Of a stretch of DNA of 64,000 nucleotides, positions 32,801 through 44,200 are shown in pieces. This stretch comes from Eledone cirrhosa. Its lineage: Eukaryota. How positions within the stretch are numbered: position 1 is the stretch's first letter; every line of letters begins with the position of its first letter. The DNA is taken from positions 43,524,001-43,588,000 of the forward strand of contig OZ024756.1 of assembly GCA_964016885.1 (NCBI GenBank), in the 5' to 3' direction. The position numbers were made by a program, and so were the translations under genes. The notes under the pieces were generated by a model. That model saw only the letters and a program-made list of their open reading frames with translations, ran no database searches and was not told where the DNA came from.

Positions 32801-33840
32801 TTAGACACACACTAGAGACAGACATTAGATACACACTAGAGACAGACATTAGACACACACTAGAGACAGACATTGGACATACACTAGAGACAGACATTGG
32901 ACACACACTAGAGACAGAAATTAGACACACACTAGAGACAGACATTGGACACACACTAGAGACAGACATTGGACACACACTAGAGACAGACATTGGACAC
33001 ACACTAGAGACAGACATTGGACACACACACTAGAGACAGACATTGGACACACACACTAGAGACAGACATTGGACACACACTAGAGACAGACATTGGACAC
33101 CCACTAGAGACAGACATTGGACACACACTAGAGACAGACATTAGACACACACTAGAGACAAACATTGGACACACACTAGAGACAGACATTGGACACACAC
33201 TAGAGACAGACATTGGACACACACTAGAGACAGACATTGGACACACACACTAGAGACAGACATTGGACACACACTAGAGACAGAAATTGGACACACACTA
33301 GAGACAGACATTGGACACACACTAGAGACAGACATTGGACACACTAGAGACAGACATTAGACACACACTAGAGACAGACATTAGACACACACTAGAGACA
33401 GACATTGGACACACACTAGAGACAGACATTGGACACACACTAGAGACAGACATTGGACACACACACTAGAGACAGACATTGGACACACACACTAGAGACA
33501 GACATTGGACACACACTAGAGACAGACATTGGACACACACTAGAGACAGACATTGGACACACACTAGAGACAGACATTGGACACACTAGAGACAGACATT
33601 AGACACACACTAGAGACAGACATTAGACACACACTAGAGACAGACATTGGACACACACTAGAGACAGACATTGGACACACACTAGAGACAGACATTGGAC
33701 ACACACACTAGAGACAGACATTGGACACACACACTAGAGAGAGATATTGGACACACACACTAGAGACAGACATTGGACACACACTAGAGACAGACATTGG
33801 ACACACACTAGAGACTGACATTGGACACACACACTAAAGA
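29848..33840. repeat. Second array of the 24-bp satellite (about 4 kb)
   Basis: Same unit as 1-25410, at the homologous intron position relative to an A exon. Confidence 0.98.
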
Positions 33841-34381
33841 GAAACATAACACTGACACAAAGACTCACACACACACTATAGAGAAACATTACATTACACA
33901 CACGCACTAGAGAGAGACGTTACATACACACACTATAGAGAAACATTACATTACACACACACACTAGAGGGAGATATTGGACACACACACACTATAGTGA
34001 AACATTACATTACACATACATACTATAGAGAAACATTACGCACATAAACACGCAAAACTTTACATTTCATATACACACTATAGTGATATAATACACACAC
34101 ACAATATAGAGAAAGATACACACAAAGACAGAGGAAACATTACATTACGCAGACACATACACACATATATACATACATACACACACATACAAACAGTCAT
34201 ACATACACATACACACAGATATACATACATACACACACATACAAACATTCACACATACACACATACATACATGTGCACACACATATATATATAATATAGA
34301 TAACATTAAAAACAATAAGTATTTCTAACTGAAATGAAACAACAAAAGTGATGACTAATGAGAAAATGGAATAAAACTTAC

Positions 34382-34708
34382 TTTTTACAGACTTTGGTGG
34401 GGATTTACCCATATTTGTGGTACACTGAAAATTTGTTGCATCTTCGCAATTAGGGTTATTTTTCCAACACTGATACTCTCCATTCCATCCCTTACTTGCT
34501 GGTATTTTACAGTCAAAACCAGGTGTAACTACTCCTCTCTGAAATACTTTTGTATCTTTGTTGTAATTCAATTGTAAAACCTGAGTTCCATTTCGTAGGA
34601 GTCTCAAGACAGTTACCAGATTTAAGTGACTAATTGCCTTACATGTTATCAATATTCTAGCTGATGATCCAACTTGAAATTCAGGTGTTATAGATTTGAT
34701 ATATATAT
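34382..34708 (-). CDS. Exon A2: V/I-set-like Ig domain, 327 nt
   Basis: Same acceptor and donor as A1. Protein DIYIKSITPEFQVGSSARILITCKAISHLNLVTVLRLLRNG...CEDATNFQCTTNMGKSPPKSVK is open. Confidence 0.85.
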
Positions 34709-34853
34709 CTGTATATAAAATATGGAAGTGGAGAAAATGATTAGAGAAAGATTTATTTAAAAAATAACATATATAATGGCAGGTAGAGAATAACTAAGAC
34801 GGAGAAGAAATCAATAATAGAAAAAGGAGAGAAAATACAGTTGTGAATGATAA

Positions 34854-34901
<48 letters not shown>
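34854..34901. repeat. (AAT)n tract at the 3' end of the Tx1-like element (tail and/or target)
   Basis: Directly visible; (AAT)7 also flanks the other end at 40922-40942. Confidence 0.9.
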
Positions 34902-34903
<2 letters not shown>

Positions 34904-35151
34904 TTTCTTTATTAACCACAAGGGTTTACATAAAGTAGACATTAAGGACAGTGCAGGACAATGCAGGACGGTACAAATGGGCATTTCTGCGTGTAAAAAA
35001 CAAAAACAGAGGATGTAACAAAAAATAACAATGAAAAATTCCCCAATAGGGGGGAGACTTCGGAGGGACATTTGTGGAGAAAGCCCAGTAAAAAGCCACA
35101 ATGACCCTGACCACCAAGGCAAGTGCCCTCTCCCAGTTTTCCACCTTTAAT

Positions 35152-38100
35152 TTACAGATATATGCTCAGAGTAGGCCCATTCACTCGGGCCATTCTTGCT
35201 TCTCTCACCCATCTTTCAACAAAATGCTGTGAAGAGAGCACTTCCCTCTCTACTCTGATTTTCCTTTTCAAATGAAATTTGAAAAAGTCAATCAGAGCAT
35301 CACCGAAGAGGTAAGTGCTCGTCTTCAGCCCTTTCAAACGTGTCCACCATACTATCTCTTTCGCCATGGCCACCAGGCAGATAAAAACTGCCTGCCCTTC
35401 CCGGCTAAAGGAGGAGGGCGGGGCAATCCTCACGATGGACTCAGATGATAGCCGGATCCGTCCTAAACGCGACAGCAGGTGTTCGACATAAACCCACAAG
35501 TCAGCAATTTTCGGACACTGGACGAGTGCGTGCAGGACGGTTTCGTCGCCCTGCGCGCATCTCGGACATGCCCGGCTGACGGCACCTCCATGCCTGTAGA
35601 GTTTATCCCGAACTGGCAAGGCTCCTCGGTAGCACTGCCAGGCCAGAGATTTCTGGAAGTTGTCCATAGGCCCTGGCCCGAAAGTTCTTCCGAAGAGATT
35701 GGCTAGTTGATTTTCGTCGACGCCTAGAGTTTCCCCAAGTACGTCGTCGCTCTTCCCCTCCACTAATCCTCTATAGAACGCCGAGGTGGAGTTTCCACCG
35801 ATCACATTGCCCGATTGGTCGAGGGCTGTGAGCGCCTGAAGACATTCCAGTCTCCAGGCGCTCCCTCTCGGTCTTCGCTTGACCCAGGACTGCAGCTCCG
35901 TCAAGGAAACGAGCTGGGGAAAAACGCGTCTAGCAAACGGCGACCACACCTGATCACCGTCGAGGAAGAGGTGGAGATGTCGTAGCCTGAGCGCGTGCCT
36001 GCGCATCATCAGCCACGGCATGCCCAGCCCTCCACGTAGCGGGTGTTGACAACAGATGGACCGCCTGACCATCGGAGCACGTCCCTTCCACAAAAAGCGA
36101 AAGAGCAAACGCTCCAGCGCAGTCACGCGAGGCTTAGGACAAGGTACGACGGTTAGGCGGTAGCAGATGACAGACGCGATGTACGCGTTAGCCACCTCCG
36201 CTCGACCTTTCAGGGATAGCTTCCTCTCCGCCCATTTCTGGGTGAGAGAAGCCACCCTGCTCGTCACCTCGTCCCAGTTTTTGTCCGTCTGGAGGTCCGG
36301 ACCGAATCAGACCCCTAGCAATTTAACCGGTCCGTCCGTCCAGCGCCCGACGACGCTGTTGGACGGCATGGACCTGCCTCTCCAGGTGCCGAGCTGCAGG
36401 CCCACTGACTTTTCCTGGTTGATCATTGCTCCTGTCACCGCTTCGTATTCTCTTAGTGTAGTGCCGATCGCCTCGATGTGTTTGGTGTTCGACACCACTA
36501 CGGTGACATCGTCCGCATATGCTGACACGGATCTTCCGCATCCTAGTTCGCGCGGGACTCCCCTCAACGTCTCCAGTTTGTGCAGTAATGGCTCGAGAGT
36601 CAATACGTACAAGAGGGACGAGAGGGGACATCCTTGGCGGACCGAGCGCATGATGTTGAACGGTTCCGACAGGTGACCGTTCACTCTCACCACAGAGCAG
36701 ATGTCGCTGTGCATGGCAGCGATCCAGCCTCTGAAGACGGGCCCAAAGCCAGCCGCCCTCAGGACTGCCGCTAGGTAACGATGGTCGACCCTATCGAAAG
36801 CTTTCGACTGATCTAAATTGATCAAGGACCCACCCGTGCCAGGTTCCCTAGCTACCCTCTCTACGATGTATCGCATGAGGTGGAGGTTGTCGTGGATGGA
36901 TCTGTCGGGAATGGCGCATGTCTGCGCCTCTCTCACCAGACCACCAACGACAAGCGCCAACCTCTTTGCTAGCACCTTGGCCAAAATCTTAAACTCTGTG
37001 TTTAGCAGAGTTATGGGCCGGAAATTTTCTATGTTATCCCCCTTGTTTGGATCCTTTCTCAGCAGTGCCACCGCTCCTCGGCTCACAGAACTGGGAATTC
37101 TCCCGTTCTGTTGCCAGTTGCAGTAGACGTCCGCCAAGAGGCCTCCGAACAAGTCTGGCATCTGTACGTAAAGTTCATAGGGCAGACCATCCAAACCAGG
37201 CGATTTACCCCTTGTGCAGCCAGTCATTGCCTCCCTTACTTCAGCGGCTGTTATCGGCTTTTCGCAACACTTCGCCTCAGTGGCCGAGAGCCGCGGCAGT
37301 CCGTCGAGGTAGACACTAAAGTCCATCCCTCTACCCGGCCCACCGCTGCCCCCGAACAGCTGAGCGAAGTGTCGCTGAAAAGCTTCACACATTTGCCCGG
37401 GATCGAGTAGCATGCGCCCGTCGTGGTCCACCAAAGACCGGATCGTGGCTTTGTTGCCACGACGCGCCTCCGCCACTCGGGCCCATTGAACGGCTTTCGT
37501 CCCCTCGTGTCTGAGAGCACGCACCCTTGCTCTGACAACGCAGCCTTCGTGCTTTGCATTGAAGAATTGGTCAAGGGCCAATTTCGCCGCAAGCACGTCG
37601 GTCGCAATGCCTTTGCTAAGCGCCTCGTCTAATTTTCTAACTAGTTCTCCCTCTGCTCTATTTTTCTCTATTGCTAAAGCCTTACTAAACCTAATCGATT
37701 CTATTCTAATCGCTCTTTTCAGAGCAAACCACCACTTGTTGTTGACGATGGCCCCCGTCAACGCCCGCTTAACTAGTTCGCTAATACGGTCTCTGTAGGC
37801 CTTGCGCGCTGGTAAGGACGCGTTTAGCTTCCAGTAGCCGGGTCCTCGTCTATGAAGCCTATCTAAGTCAAGCACACAGATCACGAATTTGTGGTCCGTG
37901 TAGCTGACTATCTTGAATTGTGGACAGCCTATGCTAGACCTATCTATTTCCCTACAAAATACTCTATCTAGATATGATCTGGATGACCATATGCGGTTTG
38001 TCCAAGTCCACATTGGCACATTCGGGAAATCCAATCGGTACCTGTCAGACAGTTCAAAACGCCTGAGCAGGTTGGTGAGGCTCTTGCACCCTCCACCCCT

Positions 38101-38571
38101 ATCCGCTAATCCCACACAGTCCCAGCGTGCATCTAAGATCCCGTTCCAGTCGCCCACTAACACTAAAGAGCGGGACGTTCCAAGAAAGGTCTCCAGACGC
38201 CGGAAGAAATCAGGCCGCCCTGCTCCTGTCGGGGCATAGACGGCCACTAACCTGAAAGCTTGCCCGTCTCCGCTGGTCACGTCCAGCACCACCAGCTTAC
38301 CCTCTGGGTCCAGGAAGATGGCCCGTATGGCGAGATCCACACCTCTCCGAAAAAGCACAGCAACTCCTCCACCGGATCCAGGACGGCTGGGAGATGCGTA
38401 CACATCGTAGCCGCCGAAGATCGGTGCGAAGGCCCGTGCTTCGGAGATTCTGGTCTCGCTGATGGCCACTACATCTATGTTTAGTGACCTGAGGTCGTTG
38501 AGCAGGTGACCCTGCTTCCATGACGACCCCAAGCCACGCGCATTTATGCTGCCTATTCTGAGTGAGGTCAT
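35152..38571 (-). CDS. ORF2: APE endonuclease + reverse transcriptase + C-terminal zinc finger, interrupted by one in-frame TGA at 36307-36309
   Basis: APE motifs SINARGL, AISET, VYAP, GDWN, YLDR, TDH. RT motifs PGLDGL, FRPITLLN, DQSKAFD, RQGCPLS, YADD. Zinc finger CPRC..ETVLHALVQC. The 754-aa and 371-aa ORFs are in the same frame (LLGV*FG). Confidence 0.92.
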
Positions 38572-38606
38572 GTTTAAAATAGAGTGGAAAAGATGGGAAA
38601 GACCAC

Positions 38607-40703
38607 TTACCGTACTTTTGGTAGAGGAGGGATGGTTTTTACATCCCTTTTCACTTGATCGTCTGGTGAAGGGACCGTTGAATCGTCCCTTCGGCTGGTC
38701 GTCGGCTCTTCTAAGAGAATGTCTGAGTATACTCTTCGATTGATGGTTCCTCCTAGGTCCCTGAAATCACCAACTGCGTTGGGGAATTTCGTTTTAATAT
38801 TTGTGTATTGTTTCTGTGCTATTTTTAGCAGTCTTATGTTAGTTGGCGTTTTGATTGGTGCTGGTATTATGTAGTCCTGTTGTGAAATGTCTGTGTGTTC
38901 AATTATGTAAGTCATTAGTTTCTTGTTGTGTGTATTTATTGCCGTGCATTTGTTTTTCTGGGGGTGGGGTGTGGTTCTGCTATTTTCTTGTCGTTGTTGC
39001 TGGGTGTGTGTGTTTTGTTGTTGTGTTTGCGATGTTGGTGCTTGTGGTGGTGGTGTTGAAGGTGTTGTTGGCGGTGGGGTTGTCGCCGGTGGTGATGGTG
39101 GTGCTAGTGTGGGTGGTGATGGTGTTGGTGTTGTTGCTGCTGTGGGTCTCTTTGCAGTAGACTTTACCCTTTTCTCATTTCTTTCTTCCCTTTTCAAAGG
39201 CGACGATGCGCTGCTTCTGCGTTTGTGCCTTCTTACGACCTTTTGCCATCCCTCTCCCACCTCACACTCCATGTCTGATTCTGTGAGGTCGGGGAGGGGT
39301 ACCAGCTCCACTCTTTCACTTGTTGTTGTTGGTGATGTTTGCACTGGAGTCTCTGTTGCAGCTGCATTTGGTATTGCTGTTGTTGTTGTTAGTATTTCCA
39401 CTGCTGCTGCTGTTTTTGATTTCCGTGGAGTGGGTATGGGTGCCACGGGCCTATCGTTCCTGGTTGCCGCTTGTCCTGTTGCTGGTAGCCGTGGAGCCGG
39501 ATTCGGAAGGAGGGGGGTTTTCTCCTTTCTCAGGGTCTTATCGTTGCAGAAGGCCCTGAGGTGAGTCTTCGATCCACAGCGAAAGCATTTCAGGCGTTTG
39601 CCCTCAACACTTATGGGCAGTTGAGTGCCGTTATCGAAGTCTATCACATCCGGGATAGCTTCGATGCACTCCTGGTTGGTTTGGATTAGCATCTCAATGG
39701 AGGAGCCGACCCAATCTTCTCTTACTTTTTTCTGTACTTGCAGTACAGTTGTTTTGTCCTCGATTCCGACGAGGACAGACGCGGCCAGCCAAGAAAGGGT
39801 CATTCCGGGGGGGACGTGGGTCAGTTTGACCCTCACAATTTTTTGCCCACAGTAGGAGGGCACCAACACCATTTCCTCGCTCCTTAGGGTCACTACTGAT
39901 TGGGCCTTTGCCTCCTGGGGTGTGGCAAAAAGTACGTCTACGGTGGCATATTTTTTGCCTCGGGTGATGTGCGTTTTCCGCTGCCACACAGACCCCAAGG
40001 TTTTTTGTATTTGGGCCTCTGTGGCTCTTTCCACCTTACGGGATTTTGTACTTACTGTACGGTACGTGACCGTACAGTGCTCTTGGGTTTCGAAAAATTT
40101 TTCCGCTGCCTTGCAGATTGCTCGGTGTCCGTTCTTTGTCACCATCTTCTTCGCTTCCTCTAATTCCTCATTTGTTATGAGGATTGTTTCCAAGTTTTTC
40201 GCAATACCTGCAAATGAGATTGGTTTTTCTCTGCTGTTGTTGTTGTCGTCAGAGCTGCTGGTACTTTTGTTGTTGCTGCAGGTACTACGACTACTGCCTC
40301 CGCCGCTGTTGCTGTGGTTGTTGTTGGTGTTGCTGCTGCTAATGCTGTTGTTGTTTATGCTGCTGGTGATGCTGTTGCGGCTGCTACTGTTGTTTTCATT
40401 GTCACTGTTGCTGTTGTTATTACGGCTGCTACTGCTATTATTCCTGACGTCAGACGAATGAACTGGGTTTTCGTATTTCCCGCACACCTGTTTCGTCGCT
40501 GTCGTCGTCGTCGTGGAGAAACCTTGCACGCTTTGCACGAGACTTTTCTTTTCTTTCGTCACTTGCGAAAGAGAAGGGAGGGAGAGAGACACATTTAAAG
40601 AAGGGAGGGAGAGAGACAATCTTCTCTCTGCTGTAGTGATGATTGAGGAAGAAGAAGACGGAATGAGTGGGAGTGACCTATGAAATTTCTTTTTCGTAGC
40701 CAT
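38607..40703 (-). CDS. ORF1 (gag-like nucleic-acid-binding protein) of the Tx1-like element, 698 aa
   Basis: CFRCGSKTHLRAFC zinc knuckle, N/S-rich and P/T-rich low-complexity segments, positioned directly upstream of ORF2. Confidence 0.85.
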   Translation of the reverse strand: MATKKKFHRSLPLIPSSSSSIITTAERRLSLSLPSLNVSLSLPSLSQVTKEKKSLVQSVQGFSTTTTTATKQVCGKYENPVHSSDVRNNSSSSRNNNSNSDNENNSSSRNSITSSINNNSISSSNTNNNHSNSGGGSSRSTCSNNKSTSSSDDNNNSREKPISFAGIAKNLETILITNEELEEAKKMVTKNGHRAICKAAEKFFETQEHCTVTYRTVSTKSRKVERATEAQIQKTLGSVWQRKTHITRGKKYATVDVLFATPQEAKAQSVVTLRSEEMVLVPSYCGQKIVRVKLTHVPPGMTLSWLAASVLVGIEDKTTVLQVQKKVREDWVGSSIEMLIQTNQECIEAIPDVIDFDNGTQLPISVEGKRLKCFRCGSKTHLRAFCNDKTLRKEKTPLLPNPAPRLPATGQAATRNDRPVAPIPTPRKSKTAAAVEILTTTTAIPNAAATETPVQTSPTTTSERVELVPLPDLTESDMECEVGEGWQKVVRRHKRRSSASSPLKREERNEKRVKSTAKRPTAATTPTPSPPTLAPPSPPATTPPPTTPSTPPPQAPTSQTQQQNTHTQQQRQENSRTTPHPQKNKCTAINTHNKKLMTYIIEHTDISQQDYIIPAPIKTPTNIRLLKIAQKQYTNIKTKFPNAVGDFRDLGGTINRRVYSDILLEEPTTSRRDDSTVPSPDDQVKRDVKTIPPLPKVR

Positions 40704-41087
40704 GTTGTTTTTTTTTTGTTTAAAATAAATATTGGGTACAAAACCCCAATAAGCAGTTATTTAACCCCGAAGGGCCAAATAACGGGCAGAAAGACCCCTC
40801 TCACGAGGAGGAGGGTGTTTTTGTCTACAAGTTCGTTAAAGTTTTAAACAATTTACAATTGTTATAGTGTTCAAAATTTACAATACCTTACAGAGCCGAG
40901 TCTCCGTCAACCATAGCATTCAATAATAATAATAATAATAATAAGAAGAAGAAGAAGCATGGAAACTGATGGAGAGAAACAAGGAGAATGAGGTGGTGTG
41001 TGTGTGTGTGACAGTAAAATGTGTATCTCCTTTGTTCAATCTATGTTGGTATTGTAGTTCATATACTAAGGTTTCCAGCCAGTCATA

Positions 41088-41260
41088 TTCATCATCATCA
41101 TTACCATCATTCCACTCTAGTATGGGTTAGATTGGTTGCCCCATTAGAGGTAAGTCGGGTCAGGTGACCATGCCTTGCACATATAGAACTATTTCTGGCT
41201 TGGTTTCTACAGCTGGATGCCCTTCCTAATGCCCACCATATTTGTAGTGTGGTGGGTACT
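41088..41260 (-). mobile_element. 3' end of an RTE-related LINE/SINE with degenerate (GAT)n tail; runs into the 46-bp satellite
   Basis: Matches the young RTE 3'UTR (GACCATGCCTTGC...TTTCTACAGCTGGATGCCCTTCCTAA). Confidence 0.75.
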
Positions 41261-44200
41261 TTTTGTTGTGTCTCCTACATGACCACTTTACAGTGTGGTG
41301 GGTACATTTTGTTGTGACTCCTACATGACCACTTTACAGTGTGGTGGGTACTTTTGGTTGTGACTCCTACATGACCACTTTACAGTGTGGTGGGTACCTT
41401 TTGTTGTGACTCCTACATGACCACTTTACAGTGTGGTGGGTACCTTTTGCTGTGACTCCTACATGACCACTTTATAGTGTGGTGGGTACTTTTGGTTGTG
41501 ACTCCTACATGACCACTTTATAGTGTGGTGGGTACCTTTTTTGTGACTGCTACATGACCACTTTAGAGTGTGGTGAGTTCTTTTGGTTGTGACTCCTACA
41601 TGACCACTTTATAGTGTGGTGGGTACTTTTTGTTGTGACTCCTACATGACCACTTTATAGTGTGGTGGGTACCTTTTGGTTGTGACTGCTACATAATCAC
41701 TTTACAGTGTGGTGGGTTCTTTTGGTTGTGGCTCCTACATGACCACTTTACAGTGTGGTGGGTACCTTTTGGTTGTGGCTCCTACATGACCACTTTACAA
41801 TGTGGTGAGTACTTTTTGCTGTGACTGCTACATGACCACTTTACAGTGTGGTGGGAACCTTTTGGTTGTGACTCCTACATGACCACTTTACAGTGTGGTG
41901 GGTACCGTTTGGTTGTGGCTCCTACATGACCACTTTACAGTGTAGTGGGTACTTTTGGTTGTGACTCCTACATGACCACTTTACAGTGTGGTGGGTACTT
42001 TTGGTTGTGACTGCTACATGACCACTTTACAGTGTGGTGGGTACATTTTGGTTGTGACTGCTTCATGACCACTTTACAGTGTGGTGGGTACTTTTGGTTG
42101 TGACTGCTACATGACCACTTTACAGTGTGGTGGGTACCTTTTGGTTGTGACTGATTCATGACCACTTTACAGTGTGGTGGGTACCTTTTGGTTGTGACTC
42201 CTACATGACCACTTTACAGTGTGGTGGGTACCTGTTGGTTGTGACTGCTACATGACCACTTTACAGTGTGGTGGGTACCTTTTGGTTGTGACTGCTACAT
42301 GACCACTTTACAGTGTGGTGGGTACATTTTGGTTGTGACTTCTACATGAGTACTTTACAGTGTGGTGAGTACTTTTGGTTGTAACTGCTACATGACCACT
42401 TTACAGTGTGGTGAGTACTTTTGGTTGTGACTGCTACATGACCACTTTACAGTGTAGTGGGTACTTTTGGTTGTGGCTCCTACATGACCACTTTACAGTG
42501 TGGTGGGAACTTTTTGCTGTGACTGCTACATGACCACTTTACAGTGTGGTGGGTACCTTTTGGTTGTGGCTCCTACATGACCACTTGACAGTGTAGTGGG
42601 TACTTTTGGTTGTGACTGCTACATGACCACTTTACAGTGTAGTGGGTACTTTTGGTTGTGACTGCTACATGACCACTTTACAGTGTGGTGGGTACTTTTG
42701 GTTGTGACTGCTACATGACCACTTTACAGTGTGGTGGGTACCTTTTGGTTGTGACTGCTTCATGACCACTTTACAGTGTGGTGAGTACCTTTTGGTTGTG
42801 ACTCCTACATGACCACTTTACAGTGTGGTGGGTACCTTTTGCTGTGACTCCTACATGACCACTTTATAGTGTGGTGGGTACTTTTGGTTGTGACTCCTAC
42901 ATGACCACTTTATAGTGTGGTGGGTACCTTTTTGTGACTGCTACATGACCACTTTAGAGTGTGGTGAGTTCTTTTGGTTGTGACTCCTACATGACCACTT
43001 TATAGTGTGGTGGGTACTTTTTGTTGTGACTCCTACATGACCACTTTATAGTGTGGTGGGTACCTTTTGGTTGTGACTGCTACATAATCACTTTACAGTG
43101 TGGTGGGTTCTTTTGGTTGTGGCTCCTACATGACCACTTTACAGTGTGGTGGGTACCTTTTGGTTGTGGCTCCTACATGACCACTTTACAGTGTGGTGAG
43201 TACTTTTTGCTGTGACTGCTACATGACCACTTTACAGTGTGGTGGGAACCTTTTGGTTGTGACTCCTACATGACCACTTTACAGTGTGGTGGGTACCGTT
43301 TGGTTGTGGCTCCTACATGACCACTTTACAGTGTAGTGGGTACTTTTGGTTGTGACTCCTACATGACCACTTTACAGTGTGGTGGGTACTTTTGGTTGTG
43401 ACTGCTACATGACCACTTTACAGTGTGGTGGGTACCTTTTGGTTGTGACTGCTTCATGACCACTTTACAGTGTGGTGGGTACTTTTGGTTGTGACTGCTA
43501 CATGACCACTTTACAGTGTGGTGGGTACCTTTTGGTTGTGACTGATTCATGACCACTTTACAGTGTGGTGGGTACCTTTTGGTTGTGACTCCTACATGAC
43601 CACTTTACAGTGTGGTGGGTACCTGTTGATTGTGACTGCTACATGACCACTTTACAGTGTGGTGGGTACCTTTTGGTTGTGACTGCTACATGACCACTTT
43701 ACAGTGTGGTGGGTACATTTTGGTTGTGACTTCTACATGAGTACTTTACAGTGTGGTGAGTACTTTTGGTTGTGACTGCTACATGACCACTTTACAGTGT
43801 GGTGAGTACTTTTGGTTGTGACTGCTACATGACCACTTTACAGTGTGGTGGGTTCTTTTGGTTGTGACTGCTACATGACCACTTTACAGTGTGGTGAGTA
43901 CTTTTTGCTGTGACTGCTACATGACCACTTTACAGTGTGGTGGGAACCTTTTGGTTGTGACTCCTACATGACCACTTTACAGTGTGGTGGGTACCGTTTG
44001 GTTGTGGCTCCTACATGATCACTTTACAGTGTAGTGGGTACTTTTGGTTGTGACTCCTACATGACCACTTTACAGTGTGGTGGGTACTTTTGGTTGTGAC
44101 TGCTACATGACCACTTTACAGTGTGGTGGGTACCTTTTGGTTGTGACTGCTTCATGACCACTTTACAGTGTGGTGAGTACCTTTTGGTTGTGACTCCTAC

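Larger units (their letters stand above)
34902..40921 (-). mobile_element. Apparently full-length Tx1/L1-clade non-LTR retrotransposon (about 6.0 kb)
   Basis: 5'UTR, ORF1 with a CCHC knuckle, 35-bp spacer, ORF2 (APE-RT-zinc finger), 3'UTR with AATAAA just before (TTA)n. Absent from the paralogous introns. Confidence 0.92.

Noticed and set aside
1-33840. Hundreds of ORFs (MSVSSVCP / LETDIGHT / TRDRHWTH repeats) in the 24-bp satellite
   Set aside because: Products of a 24-bp unit lacking stops in some frames; frequent 2-bp slippage breaks the frames, so there is no sign of coding constraint.
35479-40598. Multiple plus-strand ORFs opposite the Tx1 element (and antisense ORFs over the RTE copies)
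   Set aside because: Antisense shadows of GC-rich or low-complexity coding sequence with no recognisable motifs.
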